Made by a program: the position numbers and the translations under genes. From Eimeria praecox (Eukaryota): a stretch of 64,000 bases of DNA. Location of the stretch: the NCBI GenBank assembly GCA_963920595.1, contig OY986946.1, positions 8,432,001 to 8,496,000 on the forward strand. The letters run 5' to 3'. Positions 1-12,487 of this stretch are shown one piece after another (within the stretch, counting starts at the first letter, position 1; every line of letters starts with the position of its first letter). Under the pieces are notes generated by a model. That model was not told where the DNA came from. It saw only the letters and a program-made list of their open reading frames with translations, and made no database searches.

Positions 1-409
1 CATAATACCGGGTAGAAGGAGCAAAAACTCCGCCGAAGTCGCCGTGTTTGTGGCGTATTTCGACATACCTGTTATTTCGTTTTCATCTCACTGTTTGCTG
101 GTTGTTCTTTGTCATTTTCCATTCATTTCTGCTGATCTTGATATTTATCTGAAGCAAATTAAGATATTTTCATCTTTGAATCTACTTGTTGCTGGGGGAG
201 TTCGGCTTCTACACTTCATGTACATCAAAACTGCAGCGCAGCATCATCTTCGCCTATTCTACAAGTTGTATTTTTCTTAGTTTTGTTTCTTCTGTTTGAT
301 TGATTTCAAGGACAGATGCGGCTTCATGGTGGACAGAGTGTAAGTATATTTCTTTATATTTCAACATTCTTTCCACTGTTTGCGGAAGAAGAGTAGGAGT
401 TAACTGAAG

Positions 410-941
410 ATGACGAACAAGAATTCTACTGTATCAGAAGATGATGATGTTATCGAAATCCCCCATACTTATCATGAAGTACGTACACCAAGAGCTCGAC
501 CTCGTAGTCCCTCAGAGCCTCGTACCCCTTCGAAAGACCCTACTACAAAACCATTTGCTTTAGATTCTCCCCTAATAACACCTAAGCTCGATAGGAGAAA
601 GACTAGACACAGGGCAGCACTGCCTGTTGCAGCAGCTGGTCTTACAGCTGCTACAGCAACTGTAGCAGCACCAAGAGCAGCAAGAGCAGCAACAGCAGCA
701 GCAGCAGCAGCAAGAGCAGCAGCAATAGAGGAGCCGAAGGCAACACCACTAATCAACAATTCTAGAAAATATCGTCTCTATGAGAAATCTACCTCGCCAG
801 GTTTTACAGAAGAAGAACTTAGAAATATTGCTGAAACAGTCATTAAAGGAGATAGTCGTTTTAATTGGTGTAGGGCAGAAGCTGATGAAACAGAACAACT
901 TCTTCGGCGCTTTGATATGGAGACGCTGGTGAGTATATATA

Positions 942-988
<47 letters not shown>

Positions 989-1062
989 CTTGTATTTACT
1001 TTTATTCTTTCTTTCTGTTGTTTTAGTTTATATTTAACTTAGCTTTTAAAGAATCAGCTTCA

Positions 1063-1151
<89 letters not shown>

Positions 1152-1364
1152 ATGTTGTGTTAATGTGTGTGCGCTTTTGTATGTATACTACAGTACGGAC
1201 CTTGCGTCGGTATAACCAGAGAAGAAAGATGGAAGAGAGCAGAAGAAATGGGGTTGAGGCCTCCTGTTGAAGTGTTGCATGCGCTGCAGAGACACCCGAA
1301 GAAGATGTTAAGTGTACTTGATCAGAGGATGAGTCCTGGTCATACTACCTCGCTAGGATCTTGA
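410..1364 (+). CDS. POLD4: DNA polymerase delta subunit 4 (p12/Cdm1 family), 2 exons, with a low-complexity N-terminal extension
   Basis: Exons 410-928 and 1194-1364, GT..AG intron, phase 0. Spliced C-terminus EQLLRRFDMETL|YGPCVGITREERWKRAEEMGLRPPVEV matches the p12 signature (LRxFD...YGPCxGxxRxxRWxRAxxxGLxPPxEV). Confidence 0.9.
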
Positions 1365-2093
1365 ATTTGCTGCTGATATTGAATTTGGCTGCTGCTGCAA
1401 GGAGAGGCTAGCGACTAGTATTGTAGTCTTCCCTATAGATAACAGAGCAGTTAAACTTAGCGGCAATAATGTAGTGGAGAGCTTCGCACGAGGGATATGA
1501 AACAGTTCATTGTATGTGCTGTTTCTCTTATTTGTATATATAAATATATCATCGCCTGCGAAGGCTGAGCCGGGGTAGCGCCGATGCAGCTACCAAAGTT
1601 TGTTTTTGTCACGATAAATTCGTCTTAAAAACAAAACAAAAAAATAATTTTCTAATCTGCAAGAAGAATAATCTTGCAAACTGCTGAGTGAGGCTATATA
1701 GCCCTCAGATCCCGACCTCTTTCCGATCTCATCGTTTCAGAAGTTGAACTGCTGACGATGTCGGAAGAGTGCTTTTTTGTCAGATTTTTGTTATTTGTTT
1801 CTTTTGGCTGAACGAAAAAACAAAACGTTTTAGCTTTCTTATCATTTTCAAACAAAAACACAAACAAAATACATCGAATTTAACTCTCAAATCCCTGCTT
1901 TCCAGTCAGCAACCGGCATAGTGTTGAGTTGATGAAGCTGTCGATACACCTGAGAAATGACAACTTGAATTTCCTGCACAGAGGCAGTGATGCAGCTCTT
2001 TTCGTGGTCGTTGAAGCGTAGTATCTTGTTTAATATCTTTTCTGTTTATATTAAGGGGAATAATGATAAATGTACTCATGTAAACCCCCAAAA

Positions 2094-3169
2094 ATGGCGG
2101 CTTTCCTTCATGAGGATCGCGTATATGTGGTTGGTGGCTCCGAAACCGAAACGTTTGGTTTGAAGGTTTCTTTGAATACTGAACAGCATAGAGATTTAGA
2201 GAGAAAGTTGAATTGGACAGTTATTTCGGCTTGTATACAAAACGAAGGTACATATTTCGTGGAGTTTCTGTTTGCTGCTCTGCTTTCAATTAGAGAGAGA
2301 GAAAGAAGTTCTGAAGGGAAGAAAACATTTTGTACTTTCTGTTCTCGTCGTCAAAAACAAAATCTACGTAGGCTAGACTTTAGTTTATATTTATCTTTTA
2401 TTTCTTTGTTTTTTACGGTTTATATATCGCTCGATGGTTTGTATATACAGCGGATGTCTGTGGAGTTGTTGAATGCCCCTGCAATTTCATCATCATAAAC
2501 GATTCTGTTGTGAGTCCTTCAAGAGATTGTATCTTTTGTTTCTTTAGATATTTATTTGTTTTGTTTTTAATAAAAATAAAAATATATTTCTTCTTGTTGA
2601 TGCAGGCAAAACAAAACAAATCTCTGACAGCTCATGTGCCACTTCGGTAAGTTTCGTTTTCGTAATATATAATATTTATATATATTATATATATAAATAT
2701 TTTATTTTTCTTGTTTATTTTATATATACATGCAAACTCACATTATTTTAGGGTTTTCACGGAACTCAACTTTGCAATCAAAGTTATTCAAGAAGAAGAT
2801 AACAACTCAAATTCTATTCGTGAGGTTTGTGCTGCTGTCCTTCTTCTTTCTATACAATCTAAAATATATAAATATATATATATACAGAAAGCTGCAGCTA
2901 CTCAAGACAAAGTTGAATACAGAGTTCGTTGCTGCTGTTATGGGGGGCGTCCCCTTAAGAAAGACTATAAAAGACTATAATATAAGAAATACAATTATAT
3001 ACAATTTTATATTATTTTTTCTTCTTCAGATATTTGTAAGGGTATGGCCTTCGCTCCTAGATTGTTCTGTTGCTGCTTTGTTTGGAAATAGAAAACAAAG
3101 TAAGCTCAATGCAGCAGCAGCTGCTGCTGCTGCTGCTGCAGCTGCTGCTGCAGTAGTAACAGCAGCAGC

Positions 3170-3206
<37 letters not shown>

Positions 3207-3642
3207 CGACTTCTGTAGTGCTTATCATCTTCTTTGCTGCTGAATAGGGGGAGACCTTGCTAGCTTCTTGCTGCCGTCCTTTGGCTTCGGGGACTGTCCA
3301 GACACCCGAAGAGAACAGCAGCAGCAGCAGCAGCAGCAGGCTGGCGGATCAGCACGTCTCTCCCTTCTGGACAGAGGACGAGAGAAAAAGCAGCAGCAGC
3401 AGCAGCAACAACAGCAGCAACAGCAACAGCAACAGGAGCAGGAGCAGCAGGAGACAGCCGTATCTCAACGTCTGCTGCTGCAGCTGCGGGCTCAACAAGC
3501 AGCAGCAAGACAGAAATGTCAGCAGCAAATAAACTTTGCTCAGACACAACACAGCAGCACAAACTCACCCCCTTCCTCTTTCATTGAATCTACAGGGCCT
3601 AGCAGCAACAACAGCAACTGCAGCAGCAACAACACCAGCAAC

Positions 3643-3674
<32 letters not shown>

Positions 3675-3708
3675 AGCAGAAGACTGGCATACTTTAGCAG
3701 CAGATTAA
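2094..3708 (+). CDS. Hypothetical protein, 7 exons, about 297 aa, with a polyQ/S-rich C-terminus
   Basis: Exons 2094-2247, 2451-2509, 2606-2646, 2752-2824, 2888-2923, 3030-3099, 3248-3708. All introns are GT..AG with matching phases and give one open frame (MAAFLHEDRVYVVGG...QAEDWHTLAAD*). No family recognised. The exon 5 donor (GTTCGT) is the weakest point. Confidence 0.6.
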
Positions 3709-3778
3709 TTTGCGATATCTCCTTCACCCAACAAAAAAATTATTTTTAATTGCTGCACAAGGCACAACTGCTGCTGCT

Positions 3779-3813
<35 letters not shown>

Positions 3814-3951
3814 GGGTTCCTGCTGCTGCTTGCTGCTGTTGCTGCTGCTGCTGCAGTGGGTTCCTGCTGCTGTTGCTGCTGCAGTAGACAAACTAGCAGA
3901 TACACCTGAAGATACAACTCTACTCTCCTAACAGACAAACAAAGAAATAGG

Positions 3952-4330
3952 GAGATGAGAGAGAGAAAGAGACAGAGACAGAGACAGAGACAGAGACAGA
4001 GAGACAGAGACAGACAGAGACAGAGACAGAGACAGAGAGAGAAAGACAGTGCGAGAGACAGAAGAGTCTGTCTCTGTCTCCTTCTGTCTCTGTCTCCTTT
4101 GCCGTCTCTCTCTGTCTTTCTCTGTCTCTCTCTGTCTGTCTCTCTCTGTCTCTCTCTGTTTCTCTCTGTCTCTCTCTGTCTCTCTGTGTCTCTCTGTGTG
4201 TCTCTCTCTGTCTCCCTCTCTCTCTCCCTCTCTCTCTGTCTCTCTGTCTCCTTCTCTGTCTCTGTCTCTCTTTTTCTCTGTCTCTTCTTCTATTTGTTTT
4301 CTGTCTCTGTCTGTTCCTGTGTCTGTATCT
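3952..4330. repeat. GAGACA-type purine tract followed by its complement (TGTCTC/CT tract)
   Basis: About 3952-4065 (GAGACA)n-like, then about 4066-4330 TC/TGTCTC-rich; lies between convergent genes. Confidence 0.85.
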
Positions 4331-4470
4331 TTCTTCCAGTGTATAGACAGCTAATGAGTTAATAATATTTATTTATATTTATATTTATTTATGTATTTAT
4401 ATATTTATTTATTTTCTAATAAATTTATACAAAAACAAACAAAACAATTCTGTTTATCTCTCTCTCTCTG

Positions 4471-4723
4471 CTAGCTGTTTGATTCTCTCCTAAGCCGTTT
4501 AGCCCTTCTGAGGGGTTTATGCTCCTTCGCAGCAGCAGCAGCAGCAGCAGCTGTTGCTGCTGCTGCTGCAGCAGCAGCAGCAGCAGGGCGAATCCCTTGT
4601 AGGTTTCTCTTCTTTGCTGCTATGTTGCTGCTGTTTGCTGCAGCAATGATGCTGACAGCATCTTGAGAGGAGTTAACATTCTCGTTGCTGCTGTGCTCAG
4701 CTGCAGCAGCTGCTGCTGCTGCT

Positions 4724-4757
<34 letters not shown>

Positions 4758-5234
4758 GGGAGGTGCTGTGCTCTGAGACAGCATCGTGATAAGGTGTGCT
4801 ATCTTCTGATTTAAATTCTACAGCAGCAGCAGCAGCAGCAGCAGCAGCACGCAGACACTTCCTAGGAGAGGCGGTGTTGCCTCTCCCTGCTGCTGCTGCT
4901 GTTGCTGCTGCTGTTGCTGCTGCTGTTGCTGCTGCTGCTGCAGCAGCAGCAGCACCCGGTAACACACCGCCTAAGACAGCAGCAGCAGGTGTGGGGCCCT
5001 GCTGCTGCTGCTGCTGCTGCTGAGGCTGCTGCTGCTGCTGCTGCTGCGGACGGCTTAGAGGCAAAGAAGGCAGCACAGACGTTGAAGCGCTGGCTGCAGC
5101 AGGACGGGCACATCGCCAAGGGCCTGCAGCACACAAAACCCTAAACCCTAAACCCTAAACCCTAAACCCTAAACCCTAACAAAGAGACTTTTCGCGTTGT
5201 GACGCCCAAGAAACAGCTAAAATAAAAGAATTTA

Positions 5235-5292
<58 letters not shown>

Positions 5293-5407
5293 TATATATA
5301 TATTACTATATTTCTTACTCCTCACAACCTCATCGTCACTTCCAGCGCATTGATGTCTTCTGAATACACCTGAGGGGGGACAGACGTTTCTCTCTCTGTG
5401 CTGCTGC

Positions 5408-5457
<50 letters not shown>

Positions 5458-5575
5458 TTGCTGCTGCTGTTGGTGCTGCTGCTGCCAGCTTCGCTGTCTC
5501 CTTTGTACAGCCTCGAGGCTTTTCAGCTGCGAATCCATAGAGACACCCTCGCTCCTTCTCTGAATGCTGCTGCTC

Positions 5576-5610
<35 letters not shown>

Positions 5611-5832
5611 ATTGCTGTTGCTGCTGCTGCTGCTGCGCTGCAAAGCAGCAGCAGCAGCAACAGAGCGAAAGGGCCGTACCCCAGCTAACCTGTACCCTGA
5701 AGAGGAAAATATCAAGCTGCTGCTGCTGCTGCTGCTGCTGTGCAGCGGTTGCTGCAGCAGCTGCTGCTGCTTCACAGCGGGAGCAGCAGCAGCAGTTGCT
5801 GCTGCTGTTGCTGCAGCTGTTGCTGTCTTCAT
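4471..5832 (-). CDS. Low-complexity 2-exon coding segment; either a separate gene or the C-terminal tail of the upstream kinase
   Basis: Exons 5832-5319 and 5123-4471 joined by a GTAAGA..CTGCAG intron with matching phase 1. Ends in a basic NLS-like KPLRRAKRLRRE. The frame stays open upstream to about 6228. Confidence 0.45.
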
Positions 5833-5932
5833 GCTGTAGTTGCTGCTGCTGCTGCTACGAAGCCTCAACCCGCTGACGCTGCTGCCGCTGCGTCTGTTGC
5901 TGTCTCCTGACCTCCTGCTGCAAGCATGTACT

Positions 5933-5970
<38 letters not shown>

Positions 5971-6043
5971 CTCATGATGTGCTGCAGCTAGCTGGCAGCT
6001 GTTGGTGCCTTTGGTATGGAGGGATTGTTGTTTTGTGGTGGAG

Positions 6044-6088
6044 TCACAGCGTCTCCTTTGTTGCTGCTGCTGCTGCTGTTTCTGCTGC

Positions 6089-6159
<71 letters not shown>

Positions 6160-7393
6160 CAGGGCCTGCTGCAGCAGCGCGTGACAGGCAAATCGCGTAA
6201 GGTTTTCTACCCTTCGACTCCAACGCAGCTAAGCATCGACGGAGAGGAGAAGGAAGAGCAGCACGAAAGGAAGGAATCTCCAAATCTACACACAAACCCT
6301 AAACCCTAAACCCTAAACCCTAAACCCTAAACCCTAAACCCTAGATCGTAAATCCTAAACCCTAAATCCTAAACCCTAAATCCTAAATCGTAAACTGTAA
6401 ATACTTTTTCTTTTGCTCGTCGTTAAATGTTTTTATTAGGGTTTACTATTAGGGTCTAGGGTTTAGGGTTTAGGGTTTAGGGTTTTTCTGAGGGTTTGTT
6501 AGGGTTTATTATGAGGGGAGTTTAGGGGTTTATACGTTTTCTTCTAAGGGTTTAGGGTTTAGGGTTTAGGGTTTAGGGTTTATTCTTAGGGTTTATTATA
6601 AATGTTTGTTATTAGGGTTTTGAATACGAGGGTTTGTCTTTAGAGTTATCATCAACAGAGTTTATTCTTAGGGTTTAAGAATAGGGTTTAGGGTTTAGGG
6701 TTTAGGGTTTAGGGTTTAGGGTTAATTCGAAGGGTTTAGGTTATATGTGTTAGTGTTTAGTGTTATTAGTGTTTAATACTACTTATGTTGTTTATGTTAT
6801 TATAGTTTATAGTTATCATAGTTTCAATTTTATTATATTATTATTATATTTATATAATATTGTATATATATATATATATAATTATACTATTAATGTTGTT
6901 ATATTCTTAATGCTACTATAATGTTAATATTATGTTATTATTATTATATTATTATTATTATTTTATTATTACATTATATTATTATTATTATTATTTATTA
7001 TGATTATCATATTATTATGTTATTATAATATTATTATTATTACTATGTTATAATAATATTATAATTAAAATAATTATATTGGTGAGAGTATTATTTATTA
7101 TTATTATTATATTATTATTATACTAATATTGTTACATTATATTATTATTATTACTATTATTATATTATTGTTATTGTATTAATATAATATAATAATAATA
7201 AAAATAATATAATATATTAACTTAATATCTCTACCTGCTAGACAGTTGAGCCCATCCTTGTCACTGTATTACTAATACTATTATTATTATAATTATATTA
7301 TATTATTATTATATTGTTATTATTATTATTATTATACTATTATTATTATTATTATATTAATATATTGTTGTTATTATTATTATTATACAGTAC

Positions 7394-7429
<36 letters not shown>

Positions 7430-9368
7430 ATATTATATTATTATAATTATATTATTATTATAATATAATACTAATAAAATAATATCTTTGCCTGCGAGAT
7501 AGAATGTGAGTCGATTAATGTTATTATACTACGATTATATTATTATTATTATTACTACTAGTATAATTATATTATATTATATTATATATTATTATTAAAA
7601 TATAATAATAATAATATAATAATAATATAATTATACTATACTATAATTATATTATATTATATTATATATTATCATTAAAATATAATAATAATATAACAAT
7701 AATATAATTATAATAATATAATATAATATAATATAATATAATATAATATAATATAATATAATATAATATAATATAATATAATATAATATAATATAATATA
7801 ATATAATATAATATAATATAATATAATATAATATAATATAATATAATATAATATAATATAATATAATATAATATAATATAATATAATATAATATAATATA
7901 ATATAATATAATATAATATAATATAATATAATATAATATAATATAATATAATATAATATAATATAATATAATATAATATAATATAATATAATATAATATA
8001 ATATAATATAATATAATATAATATAATATAATATAATATAATATAATATAATATAATATAATATAATATAATATAATATAATATAATATAATATAATATA
8101 ATATAATATAATATAATATAATATAATATAATATAATATAATATAATATAATATAATATAATATAATATAATATAATATAATATAATATAATATAATATA
8201 ATATAATATAATATAATATAATATAATATAATATAATATAATATAATATAATATAATATAATATAATATAATATAATATAATATAATATAATATAATATA
8301 ATATAATATAATATAATATAATATAATATAATATAATATAATATAATATAATATAATATAATATAATATAATATAATATAATATAATATAATATAATATA
8401 ATATAATATAATATAATATAATATAATATAATATAATATAATATAATATAATATAATATAATATAATATAATATAATATAATATAATATAATATAATATA
8501 ATATAATATAATATAATATAATATAATATAATATAATATAATATAATATAATATAATATAATATAATATAATATAATATAATATAATATAATATAATATA
8601 ATATAATATAATATAATATAATATAATATAATATAATATAATATAATATAATATAATATAATATAATATAATATAATATAATATAATATAATATAATATA
8701 ATATAATATAATATAATATAATATAATATAATATAATATAATATAATATAATATAATATAATATAATATAATATAATATAATATAATATACTACCTGCTA
8801 GATAGAATGTGAGTCCAAGTCTGTTCATTTGCTCGAAGGGCAAATCGTGAAACCAAGGATGAGATAAAGCAGAGTGAGCAGAAAGACGACAAGAGGGAGA
8901 TACATGCAATAATCTAAACAAATAAATAAATAAATAAATAAATAAATTAATTAATTAATTAAATTAATTAGTTATTTAGTTATTATTCGTTAATTTATTA
9001 TTAATTGGTAGAGTGAGCAGAAAGACGACACGAGGGAGATACATGTAATAGTCTAAATAAATAAATAAATAAATAAACAAATTAATTAATTAATTAATTA
9101 ATTAATTAATTAATTAATTAAATTAATTAACTAATTAAATAATTTAATTGGTGAGTGAGTTGATAGACGACAAGACGGAGACAAATGTAAGAGTCTATAC
9201 ACCAAGAAACAAATAATAAAAAGTATTAATTAATTAATTAATTAATATTAATAAATAATTAATAAAAAAACTAAGAAATAAATAAATAAATAAATAAATA
9301 ATAAACAAGCTAGAAAACAAATAATTAATTTAAAAGAGAGGCGTTTGATAATCTAAACAATAAACAAA

Positions 9369-9408
<40 letters not shown>

Positions 9409-9592
9409 AAATAATTAATTATAAGGAGACACATTCTACAACCTATAAAACAAAACTAAAATAAATAAATCAATAAATAAATATGAAATCAATTAATTAG
9501 TAGGAGACACAAGCAACAACAACAGCAACACAAATAATAATAATAAATAAATAAATTAATTAATTAATTAATTAATTAATTAAATAAACAAA

Positions 9593-9627
<35 letters not shown>

Positions 9628-10188
9628 ATATAAGAATGAAAATACAAGAAAATAAAACAAAACTTAGATAAATAAAAAATATTTGACGAGTAGATCAACT
9701 CCTACCCCATCTAACGACGACAAACATAATAAAAATAATAAATATTAAATTAAATTAAATTAAATTAAATTAAATTAAATTAAATTAATTAAATAAAATA
9801 TATAGCAAGTAGATCAAGTCCAAAGACAAGAGAGATGCGTCTCTTAACTTAACTTGATATCTACTAATTATATTAAATTGAATTAAATTAATTAAATTAA
9901 ATTAATTAAATTAAATTAATTAAATTAAATAAATTAAATTAAATTAATTAAATTAAATTAATTAAATTAAATTAATTAAATTAATTAAATTAAATTAATT
10001 AAATTAAATTAAATTAAATTAAATACCTAGCAAGTAGATCCAGTCCTAAAGCATCGAGTGGCGTCCCTCCTCTCTCTACAATAAAATCTAACAGCGCAAA
10101 TTTTCTTTGATGATGCGACAAAGAAGGAAAGGCGTTGAAGAACGTAGTCAGCGACTCCTTACTCTGTCCTGACAGCCTGTGTACAGAA

Positions 10189-10235
<47 letters not shown>

Positions 10236-10610
10236 GAGAGATATCGATATATATATATATATAGATAGATAGATATATAGAAAGGCGTTGAAGAACGTAG
10301 TCAGGGACTCCTTACTCTGTCCTGACAGTCTGTGTACAGAAACATATATATATATATATATATGTAGAGAGAGAGAGAGATCTATCTATCTATATATATA
10401 TATATATATATAGATAGATAGATAGCTATAGATATAGATACATAGATATATAGATAGACAGATAGATAGATATATAGAAAGGCGTTGAAGAAAGTAGTTA
10501 GTGCCTCCTTACTTTGTCTTGACAGTCTGTGTAGAGAAACAGACATAAATATAAATAAATAAGTATATAAATATAAATAAATGCATACATAAATATATAC
10601 ATATCAGCAT

Positions 10611-10663
<53 letters not shown>

Positions 10664-10748
10664 GATAGAAATATAGAAATATATTTATACAGAAATATCT
10701 ATATCTATATATATATATATACATATATACATATATATACATATATAT

Positions 10749-10801
<53 letters not shown>

Positions 10802-11140
10802 ACTAACTGAATAGAACGGACCTGAGCATATCCTGTAGATGTGTGGGGTTATCTGGTTTTCCTAAAACTTTAAATATATTTTCTAATAACATAAACTCCA
10901 TCGCAAATGCCGCTTTTGATATGCCTTGAAATAAAAACCCGAAATTCCATCGAAAAGATTTAATTGAATCTTGCGGCAAACACAACTCAAGAAAGATTAC
11001 TCCGACAGACCAAATGTCGCACGCAGAAGAGTATGAAGCTACCTGAAATTCACACAGACGTGTAGATATATTTATTTATTTATATTTATATATATATATA
11101 TATAGACATATACAGATATTGGAGATAGAGACAGATACAG

Positions 11141-11203
<63 letters not shown>

Positions 11204-11233
11204 TATACAGACATTGGAGATATATGCATATAC

Positions 11234-11270
<37 letters not shown>

Positions 11271-11539
11271 AGATGCAGAGAGAGAGGGAGAGAGAGGTTA
11301 GAGAATTATAGGGGTATATCTATACAGCTGGAGCTGGAGCTATATCTATATCTATATCTATATCTATATCTATATCTATATCTATATCTATATCTATATC
11401 TATATCTATATATATATCTATATATCTATATATCTATATATAGATGTATGTGTGTGTGTGTGTGTACGTATGGATATAGAGATGAATGCAGGTGTATCTG
11501 TATATCGATATATCTATATATACATATATGCATATACAT

Positions 11540-11572
<33 letters not shown>

Positions 11573-11631
11573 TATATATACATATATACGTATACATTAT
11601 ATATATATATGTATATATATATATATTATAT

Positions 11632-11673
<42 letters not shown>

Positions 11674-11857
11674 ACAGTTAGGAAGCTAACACGGATATAG
11701 AGAGAAGACGATAATTAATTAAATTAATTACAAGACATCGCATACATACAACATCAAATCCAAATAACAAACAAATAAACAAAAACAAAAAACAAATAAA
11801 AAAGAAAAATAAATAAATATAAACAAATACAGAAACATAAATAAAACAACAATAAAG

Positions 11858-11911
<54 letters not shown>

Positions 11912-12012
11912 AGCAGCAGCAGCCTCATCCCTAGCAGCAGCAGCAGCACCAACAGCAGCAGCACCACCACCACCACCAACAGCAGCAGCACCACCACCAC
12001 CAGCAGCAGCAC

Positions 12013-12044
<32 letters not shown>

Positions 12045-12046
12045 CC

Positions 12047-12077
<31 letters not shown>

Positions 12078-12436
12078 GCAACAGCAGCAGCACCACCACC
12101 AGCAACAGCAGCAGCACCACCACCACCACCACCAGCAACAGCAGCAGCACCAGCACCACCCCCACCACCCCCACCACCACCACCAGCAGCACCACCAGCA
12201 CCAGCACCACCAGCATCATCATCATCATCATCATCATCATGTCTATTCTACATACCGGTAGCTTAGCAGCACTTTCACAGTCAGCAGCAGCAGCAAGGAT
12301 TTCTGGCGGTCTGTACGGAAGAGTAACTACTCTACACGATTGCCGCATTGTTAAATGGCTCCAATGAGGGGGGCCTCTAGGGTCTGTGTTGAGAGCAGAT
12401 GCGGCCTCTTCATCCTCATAATGCTGCTGCTGATGC

Positions 12437-12487
<51 letters not shown>

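Noticed and set aside
6293..6742. Telomere or chromosome-fusion site suggested by opposed AAACCCT/TTTAGGG blocks
   Set aside because: Short intronic blocks that recur throughout the window; interstitial heptamers are a general feature of these genomes.
7662..8790. 419-aa ORF of YYIIL repeats
   Set aside because: Translation of a TAATA microsatellite; only 8913-8795 is real kinase exon, with a donor at 8794.
11728..12255. Long poly-Leu/Val 'transmembrane' extension of kinase exon 3
   Set aside because: Lies after a consensus CCG|GTATGT donor and is intronic CTG/GTG repeat; the same applies to 39580-40014 in DBP2.
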